NCBI RefSeq assembly: GCF_006345805.1
Contig: NC_042998.1
Location: 73,718,001-73,782,000, forward strand
Direction of reading: 5' to 3'
Length of the DNA: 64,000 nt
Origin: Octopus sinensis
Lineage: Eukaryota
The translations under genes and the position numbers were made by a program. Under the pieces are notes generated by a model. The model worked only from the letters and a program-made list of their open reading frames with translations. It was not told the origin of the DNA and ran no database searches. Positions within the stretch are counted from its first letter, which is position 1, and each line of letters starts with the position of its first letter. Shown here piece by piece: positions 27,555 to 38,838 of this stretch.

Positions 27555-28350
27555 TCTGCTTTATTTTACGCCTTCTTCAGTGTAATAAGCTTTCTTGCAG
27601 AAGATAGTCTGCAAGTCTATTAGAAGTCTCCTCTCCTCTTCTCTCGCCTCCTAGAACTAGCATTTCAAGCCCTTAAATTCCTGTCTTGCCTGAGGGATTT
27701 GCTGTCTCAATTACACATACCATGGAGAGGTTTCCCGTTTCCTTCTCCTCCATCCGTAACATGTCAGCCGACTGAAAATAACTATGATCATTGTCTCAAA
27801 GCGACGATCGGCTTTCCACATGTGTTTGTTGCTTTCAAGATGTAGGTAATATCCTTATCAAACAAACATGGGTTCTCCTTGTTAACTTTAGACTACTTTA
27901 CTCGACAATGATCTGTTACTGAGGTTTGCGATACCTGGAAGTTTCAGGAACCGTAGGTTGACATCGGCTGTGGCTCCTCCTGCGCCTCACCAGGACTAGA
28001 TCCTGTGCGCCGTGGCACACAAACTGCCTCTGCACATTTCATCTTGGCCAGAAAGTTCTTCAAGTCGTGCGGGTTCTTGCAAACTTTTCTCACAAACGCA
28101 TTCCGAATCCATTATCAATTTATGGCCATTCGACACGACCAACAAGTCTTCCGAAATTTCATTGGAAATTTCATTCTCCCCAAACGCTCGGTAATCTCTG
28201 GTACTCTCTTACCTTGGGATTCAGCGCAGATTTCTCTGGGTCCTTCTTAACAGAAGATGCAGATATTCTCTGCTGTCATTCCGGCCACCACCACATTGTT
28301 TTGGGTTGTCACCCATACTCTTCCTGATAGCCATAGTTCCAGCCACAAAC
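26690..28350 (-). mobile_element. HERO-like (NeSL/R2 group, RLE-type) non-LTR retrotransposon relic with internal deletions
   Basis: Minus-strand peptides: N-terminal ECVCEKVCKNPHDLK...KMKC...GEAQEEP; ANP..LAKQLLG.KR..LT; IKKVRAGSTPG.SG...KVYKNCP.MLRRIW; RIISLLSEEGKIYF; WKDWRLLIQNEIRVSVEE. These match recalled HERO ORF motifs. Confidence 0.7.
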
Positions 28351-28405
28351 ACACACACATACATACGTATGTACGTACGTACATATGTATGTATGTATAT
28401 ATGTA

Positions 28406-28442
<37 letters not shown>

Positions 28443-28464
28443 ATGTGTATCTAATTTAAATGCA

Positions 28465-28655
28465 ATATAAGGTGGTAGAATCGTTAGCACGCCGCGAGAA
28501 ATGCTTAGCGGCATTTCGGCTATCTTTATGTTCTAAGTTCGAATTCCGCCGAAGTCCGCTTTGCCTTTCATCCTTTCAGGATCGATAAAATAAGTACCAG
28601 TTGAGCACTGGGGTCGATTACATCGACTCACCCTCACTTTTCCCGAAATTGCTGG
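28465..28655 (+). mobile_element. SINE family A
   Basis: Head, box B and core are present. Confidence 0.8.
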
Positions 28656-29057
28656 AGAAGTAAAGGTGGTTTCTGAAGAATGATGAGAAAAATAGAAATT
28701 GAAAAATAGATTAGAGACAGAAACTGTGTACGCGTGCGCTTGTGTAAATGAGAGTCATTTTGTAGAAATATACGTACGTTTAGATGCTTATGTATCGATA
28801 TATATATCTGTGTGTATGTGTGTGTGTATGTATGCATGTATGTATATTATATATATATATACAAATTAGTAAATAAATGGCACAACAAAGTACCGATATT
28901 TACTGGAAATAGCGAACGTAAAAATACGACGCTAAAGTGTAGCTTCACCGCGTATGTATTAGTAAAAATGCGTGTGTGCAACAAAATAGAGAAAAAAAAA
29001 CCGTCTTACCTCCAGGGAGAACATCTGAAAGATGAAACACCCGGAAAATGGATAATG

Positions 29058-29126
29058 TGGTACCTGCAGGTTTCAGGTTTTGCAAGATATGTCTCTCACC
29101 CATATTTGCTTTACCTTCTTCAGCCA
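29058..29126 (-). ncRNA. Type-I hammerhead ribozyme (GUA site), copy 2 in transcript order
   Basis: TGG-CTGAAGA-AGGT-aaa-GCAA-ATATG-ggtgagaga-CATAT-c-TTGC-aaa-ACCT-GAAA-CCTGCAGG-TA^CCA. All core nucleotides are canonical. Predicted cleavage lies between 29061 and 29060. Confidence 0.8.
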
Positions 29127-29489
29127 AACATATACCAAGACGAAACTACGATGTTACCACATAAATACTAACACACTCGACTGAAATACGGAACGCTAAC
29201 AGTACGAGAAACGGTGAAGAAGTTTCAAAATATCAGTAATGCAATACAAAGTATTGCCTTCCAGTAAAAAGTAGCCCGTGAGGGAAAAATACACAAATTA
29301 GTAAATAAATGGCACAACAAAGTACCGATATTTACTGGAAATAGCGAACGTAAAAATACGACGCTAAAGTGTAGCTTCACCGCGTATGTATTAGTAAAAA
29401 TGCGTGTGTGCAACAAAATAGAGAAAAAAAAACCGTCTTACCTCCAGGGAGAACATCTGAAAGATGAAACACCCGGAAAATGGATAATG

Positions 29490-29558
29490 TGGTACCTGCA
29501 GGTTTCAGGTTTTGCAAGATATGTCTCTCACCCATATTTGCTTTACCTTCTTCAGCCA
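29490..29558 (-). ncRNA. Type-I hammerhead ribozyme (GUA site), copy 1 in transcript order
   Basis: Identical to the copy 432 bp away. Predicted cleavage lies between 29493 and 29492. Confidence 0.8.
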
Positions 29559-29607
29559 AACATATACCAAGACGAAACTACGATATATATATATATATAC
29601 ACTTACT

Positions 29608-29975
29608 CTTTACTCTTTGACTCTTTTACTTGTTTCATTCATTTGACTGCGGCTAAGCTGGATCACCGCCTTTAGTCGAGCAAATCGACCCCATGACTTA
29701 TTCTTTGTAAGCCTAGTACGTATTCTATCGGTCTCTCTTGCCGAACTGCTAAGTTACGGGAACCTAAACACACCACCATCGGTTGTCAAGCGATGCTGGA
29801 GGGACAAACACAGGCACAAACATACACGCACACAAACACATACATATATACATATACATATATTCGACGGGCGTCTTTCAGTTTCCGTCTACCAAATCCA
29901 TTCACAAGGCTTTGGTCGGCCCGAGGCTATAGTAGAAGCCACTTGCCTAACGTGCCACCTTGTGGTTGGTAAGCA
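29608..29975 (-). mobile_element. CORE-type tRNA SINE family B
   Basis: Reverse complement of the family at 32023 and 48301 (cttgggcaagtgtcttctactatagcc...ccgaccaaagccttgtga...gaaactgaaag...gactgaaacaagtaaaagag). Confidence 0.8.
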
Positions 29976-30253
29976 AGTTACATATATACATATATATATC
30001 AACTCGTGTGTGTATGTGTGGCTTCGATATAAAAGCGCGCGTGCGAGAGTATGTGTGTATGAGTGATGTATAATCTATGGGGAATTTTTGTGTATGTATA
30101 GCTACATGTTAGCGTTGTAAGGGCGTGTGCAAAAGATAGATTGATTAGATAATACAAACTACTATTACCACTGATGTCATCACATATCACAGAAAATTCC
30201 AAGTAGAGAAAAATGATATAGAGAACAAACACGCTCACTACATACACACACAA

Positions 30254-30335
<82 letters not shown>

Positions 30336-32022
30336 ATAAACATACAGTTATACGCATACATATATCCAAACATACTAGTATATATACACACACATACACG
30401 CACACACAAACACAAACTCACACACACACACATATATATATTGCCATTTATACATTTATGCACATATATATCTATACGTATACAAACGTATATACACATG
30501 CGGCTAATGGTTCAGTAGACATGCATTTAAATATTCACAAGCACCACAAACACATATAAACACACTCACACACACTCACAAACACACACACGTACTCACT
30601 CACACACACCCACACAAGTTCACACACGTACACACATACACACACACACACATACACGTTCACACACCACTCACACAGAGCTTGTAGATTCGTACAGTGG
30701 GACACATGTATGTGATAACAAATATCACCAACAATTTCTCCCAGAATGCTGTGCTGTTGACAATGATTTAAGGAGACATATCATACATTTCTTCACCGTT
30801 GCCACGACATTATACAGATTGCCGGGAGCCATTTTCTTTAATTTCGAGAAGAAAAGAGAAGTTCATGCAGAAAATGAGGAAAAGGGTGACATCTGTCTGA
30901 CGTGTGAGATGATTGTTTTAAAAAGACATAGTTTTATTGGCAGTGATAGGTGCACTGCAATGGTTTTAGCAATGCGAGTTAGATGTTATCTTCTTTTTCT
31001 CTATTTTAATCTCTGTTTTCTGACATAGTATATTGAAGGAGAAAAAACTATTAAATCTACTTGTTTGATTATTAATTTTCTTCCTCTATAAGTTCATGCC
31101 ATGCCATTTTCTATTAACTTTTGGCTGTGGAATTTTCTTTGAAATCTTTTTTCTTCACTAGAAAGTTGCTGAACTAACTGACTAAAACTCAATTCCGTTT
31201 TGGAGATCATAAAGCACACACACACATATACACACGCGCGCGACACACAAACACGACACACATGACACACGCATACACACCCACAGACATATATACACCT
31301 TACGCCTCATATTATCTCAACTGTGTCGTTCACACTCATGTGTATGATTGAGAGTCCCTGTGTAAAAAAAAATCTATTAGGCTAGTGTAATAACTCTGTT
31401 ATAAAGTATTTAGAATAGAGGGGAAGCATAAATTCGTGTTAGCACCAACTCCAGAAATTGAAATATTGAAATACAGAATGCATCTTTGAAGATTAAGTTG
31501 AGATAGTAACACCACTTGAAAGAAAAATCTAATTATGAAGACGAGTTCAACTCTAAACGACCTCAATAAATATCCTGACACTCACGACGTTGAGAACAGA
31601 CACTGCCTTTCACAATGCCTTAGATGAGTGTATATTGAGAAGCTGATAAACTATGCTCATCTGACAAAATACACCAGCAGAAGAAAGCTGCTGCGAAATT
31701 TCCATAATATACCTGGCAAATCAGGTGGAGAATGACTAATCTAATTGTCAGTCACATATTAAACAGCCGCAATGTAAATAGATTAAGGCGGTTTTCAGAG
31801 AATGCTGTGACTAATAAGTGATCCGGGAAGATAAATAATGTTACACTTCATGAGAAAAGAGAGAAGATAAATACAGAAGCTAAACGTCAGTCACGAGGAC
31901 AGTGAAAGAAATTATAATTATGATGGAGAGTTAATTCAAATCTACAAAATATACACACAACAATTTATATAGAAAGAGAAATGCCTGTATATGTATATAT
32001 ATGCATATATTTATATGTGTAT

Positions 32023-32421
32023 AGGCGTGTGGTAAGTAGCTTGCTTACGAACCACATGGTTCCGGGTTCGGTCCCACTGCGTGGCAACTTGGGCAAGTGT
32101 CTTCTACTATAGCCTTGGACCGACCAAAGCCTTGTGAGCGGATTTGGTAGACAGAAACGGAAAGGAACATGTCGTATATATATATATATATATATACTTT
32201 ATTTTAAGCAGCAGAAAATTCAACAAAATCTGTTACTCTGAGTTTCTCATTGCCGTTCATCAGACAGTTTTTGCAAAAACTGTCTGATGAACGGCAACGA
32301 GAAACTCAGAGTAACAGATTTTGTTGAATTTTCTGCTGCTTAAAATAAAGCATATTACTCTACCACTGGTATTTGAGTACTCTTTTTTCCACCTTGTTTC
32401 ACATTTATGTGTTTACTCTGG

Positions 32422-32482
<61 letters not shown>

Positions 32483-32725
32483 GTGTGTATATATGTTTGT
32501 GTCTGTGTTTCACCACCAGCATTGCTTAACAACCGATGCTGGTGTATTTACGTCCCCGTAACTTAGCGTTTCGGCAAAAGAGACTGATAAATGAGTATTA
32601 GGCTTACAAAGAATAAGTCCTGGGGTCAATTTGATCGACTAAAGGTGGTGCTCCAGCATGGTCACAGTCAAATAACTGAAACAAGTAAAATAGTCAAATA
32701 ACTGAAACAAGTAAAAGAGTAAAGG
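32023..32725 (+). mobile_element. CORE-type SINE family B interrupted at its internal (TA)n by an HHR-bearing fold-back repeat
   Basis: 5' half at 32023-32175, 3' half at about 32500-32725, and the insert at 32197-32425. Confidence 0.8.
32197..32350. repeat. 154-bp spacerless palindrome (77-bp arms, 1 mismatch) with an HHR motif on each strand
   Basis: Centre g32273|c32274. Plus-strand motif CTGT-CTGATGA-acggcaacga-GAAA-CTC-a-GAG-TA^ACAG at 32280-32317. Confidence 0.9.
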
Positions 32726-33110
32726 AGTATATATATATATAATATTCATTCTTTGTTGTACTGGGGTGTTCTGTAATCATTGATAGAAGAGGAAAATTAG
32801 GAAATTAGGATTAAGATTCCTAGCACACCTTTCTATGTGTGCACTGACCTGTATCTGTCTGTATTGTGGGTGGCGGATCTGTTCTTTGTGGAGAGTGGTT
32901 CTTCGACGGAGTGATATCCCTGTTTGGCCAATATAATTATTACCACACCCTAAGCATGTAATGGCATAGAGTAGATTTTCCTATATATACATATATATAT
33001 ATATAGTTATCCGTAATAATGAAGGGTGAAATTAATTAATTTGGAATAATTATCAATTACACCAAGTAGTCTTCGGCATGTAAAAGCCTCATTCGAGGAA
33101 AATTTAAGTA

Positions 33111-33352
33111 ATACTAAGCAATAAAGGGTTTAGCAACGAATTGCCTTACCACATACCGAATTTAGAAATAGCAGTCAAAGAGTTATAGCTATTTCTTCTA
33201 CTAAAAAGGGAGATCTCAGTAAAAACAGCAATTGCTGTTTTTACTGAGATCTCCCTTTTTAGTAGAAGAAATAGCTATAACTCTTTGACTGCTATTTCTA
33301 AATTCGTTATGTGGTAAGGCAATTCGTTGCTAAACCCTTTATTGCTTAGTAT
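33111..33352. repeat. 242-bp spacerless palindrome (121-bp arms, 1 mismatch) of repeat family G
   Basis: Centre cagcaa|ttgctg at 33231/33232. Confidence 0.9.
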
Positions 33353-33517
33353 ATATATATATATATATATATCAAATATGAAATATAAATTAGAGATAAA
33401 ACCACTATCATGCAACTCAAACAGTGATAGACATAAGCCAAAACATAAATAACAAATAAGAATATATTTTTATAAAACATACAACTAGATCTCAAAAAGT
33501 ATAAAAATGAATAATCA

Positions 33518-33586
<69 letters not shown>

Positions 33587-33599
33587 GCTCCCATTACAT

Positions 33600-34480
33600 A
33601 GCAGTGGTCTTGGTTTTAAATAGCATGGAGCCACTAAGACGTCTCGGAAACCAACTGATGAGGAAGTCAGCTGCAAATGTTCCTTGTATGTTTTTGTCTC
33701 CATTTTCTGTCCGTTATGTTTTCGCCTAGTTTTCGTCTATTTTTTCCTTTCCCTGTCTAACTTTCTATTCATTGCAGCACAATGTACCCCCGCTTGTTTA
33801 CTTAACTGTAAAGAATATTATCAGCATATTTGTAGTACGATTCTTTAGCTCTTTCCTCCTCTCCTATTTCTTCTCTCTTTCTTCTTTTCCCTCCCCCTTA
33901 ATTACCTCCCTTGGACCCTATGCTTGCTCCTCTTTCTCTCTCTCTCTCTCTCATACTCTTCTGCCTCTCTCATTCCTTAGTCCTTCCATCACTCTTCCTC
34001 TCTCCTACCACGTGACCGGTGTGTAGTCAAAGTGCGTCATGGACATTTTCCATTTCTTTGCGGTACCTCACTACATCTCTCTTGTTAGCCGTTTGTTTGT
34101 ATTGTTTTAGCATTGTATACGTATAATTATTCTTTTGCTTATAGTTCAGCCATAAAGCATTTTCTATTCTATATGTTTTCTATTCTTTCCTTATGTTACA
34201 TCTTGCCGTTATTTCATATTGTACACGCAATGTTATTTCGTCCTATTCTCGCGCACATTAGCCAGCTTTTTGCTGTAGCTCTATGCTCTGGTGCTCCCGT
34301 TAGATAACAGTGGCTTTGGTTTTAGATAGTGAGAAACCACTAAGACGTCTCAGAAACCAATTGATGAGAAAGAAGATCAGCTGCGAATGTTCCTTGTATC
34401 GTGTTCTTGTCTCCTTTTTCTATCCGTTATGTTTTCGCCCAGTTTTCGTCTGCTTTTCCTTTCTTTGTCTACCTTTAATA
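33600..34480 (+). repeat. Two diverged copies of one ~180-bp repeat family
   Basis: cagtgg.cttggtttta.atag...ccactaagacgtctc.gaaaccaa.tgatgag...gttatgttttcgcc.agttttcgtc at about 33600-33780 and 34308-34480. Confidence 0.7.
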
Positions 34481-34535
34481 TAAGCAGGAGTGACTAACGA
34501 TGTTGCCAGCTCGCCACCATGATAATAATAATAGC

Positions 34536-34567
<32 letters not shown>

Positions 34568-34568
<1 letters not shown>

Positions 34569-34762
34569 CCTTTCTACTATTGGCACAGGGCCTGGATTTC
34601 GTGGGGACAACCAGTACTCAATCGGTACTTAATTTATGGATCCTGAAAGGATGAAAGGCAAAGTTGACCTCGGCGGAATTTGAACTCAGAACATAGCGAC
34701 GGGTGAAACACCGCTAAGCATTTCGCCCAGCGTGCTAACGATTCTGCCAGCTCGCTGCCTTA
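34568..34762 (-). mobile_element. SINE family A
   Basis: Reverse-complemented head, box B and core. Confidence 0.8.
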
Positions 34763-34789
34763 ACAACAACAACAACAATAACAACAACA

Positions 34790-34828
<39 letters not shown>

Positions 34829-34860
34829 TAATAATAATAATGATGATAATAATAATAATG

Positions 34861-34942
<82 letters not shown>

Positions 34943-34947
34943 GGCGG

Positions 34948-35300
34948 TTACAATACCAGTGATCGTAGGAGCACTAGGAATGATCAAGAAGGGAACCGAA
35001 AATTATATGAGAATGATCCCTAGCTTACCATCCCTGCAAGAAGTGCAAAAGATTGTCTTAACTGGTACATCACACGTATTGAGAAGAGCATTGTCGATGT
35101 GAGAACTGTTGCTGCTCATGTATTTTAATTTAACTTAAAAAAAAAAAAAAATGAACGAACTACTGAGTTTGGTTTAATGGCCTACCAATATACACTATGA
35201 GTTTCTTTGCCCTAGGAGTCGGGAAGACACTCGGCAAGAAATGGAAGAAAATTTGAAAGAAGAAAAAAAAAGTAATAATAATAAAAATAAAACTACTGAA
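34948..35300 (+). mobile_element. R4/Dong-like RLE non-LTR retrotransposon 3' end within (AAT)n
   Basis: TIPVIVGALGMIKKGTENYMRMIPSLPSLQEVQKIVLTGTSHVLRRALSM-stop, then a 3' UTR running into (AAT)n. Confidence 0.75.
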
Positions 35301-35779
35301 GAATAATAATAATAATAATAATAATAATATAATAATAATAATAATAATAATTAATAATAATAATAATAATAATAACAATAATAAACTCAATGTAATGCTA
35401 CGTATAGGGTTATTAATTTAGCAAGCGAAGCAGTGTGTATAGTTAAGTGCAAACTCTAATCGATAATGTAGGCTGGACATGTATAGATGAGAGATCAGTA
35501 AGTGCTGCTATAGTTAATGTCCTACAGCTTCACATAACGGCACTAATATTTAAGTATTACACACAATCATAGATTTTCTTTATAAAAACACTGGCGTCAA
35601 TGACATGGGTCGTGGCAAGGGTGAAAAACGGTCCAGGAGGTCAACATTACGTTTTATCAAGAATATTTCTCCAATATTTATTTCATAAAATATAAGAAGG
35701 TTTAACGACCACTATAGCGCCAATTACACTATTCAACGATCACAGAAGCATTGACGTTCAACATCATCGCTATTTTCAA

Positions 35780-35815
35780 CATCACCATCATTATCATTAC
35801 CATCATTATCATTAC

Positions 35816-35868
<53 letters not shown>

Positions 35869-35955
35869 ACACCATCAATGTTGTCATCATCGTTGTCGCC
35901 GTCGTCTTCATCGTCATCATCATCATTATCAACAACAACATCAACAACAACAAAA
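35780..35955. repeat. (CAT)n/(CAA)n trinucleotide tract
   Basis: Read directly. Confidence 0.9.
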
Positions 35956-36299
35956 GCAAAAGAAAATGCACAGTTCTTTATAGTTATTGCAATGAAGATA
36001 TTGGCTGGAAGGGAAGTTTGATAACAACATTAATGCCAAGAATATATCAATAGAATTTTAGACGGCAGTTTAATTAAATGAAATAGAGAGTATAAGCAAT
36101 AAGAGAATAGAGATACACAGCAATGACAGAACAGAGAAACTTCATTTTCAATACATTGTAGAGACAGCAAAATCCCAGAGTGTAAAGACGGTATTATCTT
36201 CATACAGTATAAATACGCCATTGAGGCGAGGTTGGTTAACTATAAACTCGGAATTGACAAGAAGTAAATGCATTTCTGCAACATATATATAAATGTTTC

Positions 36300-36452
36300 T
36301 TTATTGCCCACAAGGGGCTAAATATAGAGGGGACAAACAAGGAAAAACAAAGGAATTAAATTGATTGCATCGACTCCAGTGCGTAATTGGTGCTTATTTA
36401 ATCGACCCTGAAAGAATGAAAAGCAAAGTCGACCGTGGAGGAATTTGAACTC
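36300..36452 (-). mobile_element. SINE family A variant fragment
   Basis: Reverse-complemented box B and core, with a ggggacaaac..gg tail. Confidence 0.65.
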
Positions 36453-36863
36453 AATATATAAATGAAATATTGACCCATAAGAATATGTAGAATATTACAG
36501 CTACCTTTGAGTGAAACTTGCATTGCACAAAACAAAAGTAATTTTTCTTTTTACATGTAGCATTACAAATTCACAAATATTTTATGTAAATTATATAATT
36601 AAAGTTGAAATTCCAACTGTTTTTCATCGTAAGAGCAGACAGAGTTATTGGTGGACTTGGATTTCAAATAAAGATTTTATAGCTTTACATATATTTACAT
36701 ATTTTTGATGATTTACAATTTCATCAAAGTTCCGCTAACGGCATGTAGTTAATTCTACGCAACATAATTTAAATATTGTTGATAGCTATTTAAAACCACA
36801 TACACATACACAGCGCCCACCCACTACCTAGATAGCTATATGGGTGTATATATATATATATAT

Positions 36864-37880
36864 ACAAAAATGGGGCAAGAACGCAAAACATCCAAACAGA
36901 CGATACAAAGAAAACAAGGACAGTCATTCAGAGTTCTTTCTTCAGTCGAGTTCTAGATTATCTTTGTAATTTCGGGTGGTTATACTCGAGATTGCTCCAA
37001 TCTGGCCAGCCTCAAGAAAAAACTAAGCTAAGCGCATTAGATTCCTTGGAAGAAATCAGCGAATGTATACGAAAACAAGGACGGAAAAAAACGGAGAAAT
37101 GTTACACAAATACAAATACAAATAACAGGACATAAAACAGGTGTCTTTCGACTAAGGATGGATTAAATTAAGCTAGCGTATGTGGAAGCAAAGCCTTACG
37201 GCAGGGACATGAAATTTGACAGGCACAGGGATGCGCGGATGATAGTCGAACCAAGAAAGAAGGGTTAGGCTTGGCCGAACACCGGTCACGTAGGGAGAGA
37301 AGAGAGAGAATTAGAGGCAGGGGTATAGAAAATTTAAGGAGGGACGAAAAAAATGAAAGGGACAGAGTGAAGTGAAAGAGGATGGAACGTGTGCATGAAG
37401 AGAAGGCCGGGAAATGTGAGAGAGGGGAAACGAAAGAACGAAGATGAACGAAGTGAAGTGGTTGAAAGAAAGAAAGAAGGAATGAAAGAACAGAAATAAT
37501 AATAAAGTCGTACAAAATTTATATATATATGCATATAAGAGACCAAAGTGTACGTACGCCGCTATATTTTTGTATATAAATATACAAAAATGGGACAAGA
37601 ACGCAAACCATCCAGACATTTCGATGATACAAAAAAGGGACAACAAAACATCCAAAGACAACAAAACATCCAAAAAAACGGGTCATTCGGAGTTTTCTTT
37701 CCCCAATCGAGTTCCAGATTATTTCGGCTGGTTATACTCGAGATTTCTCCATCCAGTGAAATCCGTGACGGTAGAGTCAGTAGATCCAGTGGTAATCCGG
37801 TTGGAGTGCTGGCATGTAGAAGAGAAAATGTGCAAGTCTAAAGAGTAAGAAGTTAATTCAGGATCCATGCTGGATCGTTG
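36864..37880. repeat. Two related copies of a TA-associated interspersed repeat (about 36864-37300 and 37560-37880)
   Basis: Shared blocks tacaaaaatggg.caagaacgcaaa.catcca and gtcattc.gagtt...tcgagtt.cagattat...tttcgg.tggttatactcgagatt. Confidence 0.7.
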
Positions 37881-37949
37881 AAATCTACAAGCTTTATTCA
37901 CACACACACACACAAACATTATCTCTCCCTCCCTCTCTCATTCTTTCTC

Positions 37950-38110
37950 CCTCTCTCCTTCTGTGCTTATTTTCTTTATTCCTGTCTGTTGACGAGCGTA
38001 GGCTCGAAACGTAAAAATTTTTCATCTTTCTCGGGCATCAAGCAAATACACTTGCTTGTTGTTCATACACCCGTCTTCGCCTTTTGTTTTTCTATAAATT
38101 TCAACTATAT
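37950..38110 (+). mobile_element. Family H copy with HHR-like motif (stem I degenerate)
   Basis: CTGTTGA-C-GAGC-gtag-GCTC-GAAA-CG-TA at 37986-38013. Confidence 0.65.
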
Positions 38111-38148
38111 ATATATAAATACATAGACACACACACATACACACACAT

Positions 38149-38192
<44 letters not shown>

Positions 38193-38389
38193 GTGATTCT
38201 TGTAAATTTCAATAACAATCTGTTCCGCTACACGATATGACAGTCACTTTGCTTCTTACTTAGATTCTCAGAAATTTCGCATGACTGTATCCAAAATTTC
38301 TTCACATAACTTGATTAACAATTCACTATGAGCTATATATGGATATGCACAAATTCTGTAAGTTCAAGACCTTTCATCGGATCTCCAGG

Positions 38390-38672
<283 letters not shown>

Positions 38673-38751
38673 ATATATATCATCTATCTTAAGAAGCGGT
38701 GCAAGTGACCAGATTCTTTGAAATGTAACTATTTTGATTGACTTCATACAC

Positions 38752-38783
<32 letters not shown>

Positions 38784-38792
38784 ATATATATA

Positions 38793-38829
<37 letters not shown>

Positions 38830-38838
<9 letters not shown>

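Larger units (their letters stand above)
28861..29584 (-). mobile_element. Tandem 432-bp-unit element (292-bp identical direct repeats plus 140-bp spacer) bounded by (TA)n; retrozyme or PLE pseudo-LTR-like
   Basis: 28861-29152 is identical to 29293-29584. Each repeat holds a complete hammerhead on the minus strand. Confidence 0.85.

Noticed and set aside
28945-29127. ORF with a faint fibronectin-III look (LQNLKP..T..FRV) and an apparent 15-nt micro-exon
   Set aside because: The segment is fully explained by hammerhead stems, is duplicated exactly, and lacks the other FN3 residues.
33600-33680. CTGATGAGG and gaaac motifs in the 33.6/34.3-kb family
   Set aside because: The parts are in the wrong order or lack GAAA after the stem, so no complete hammerhead can be folded in either copy.
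36950-37025. Minus-strand GGCTGG..CCACCC-GAAA-TT..AA-TC^ hammerhead-like relic
   Set aside because: The CUGAnGA core is incomplete in both related copies.
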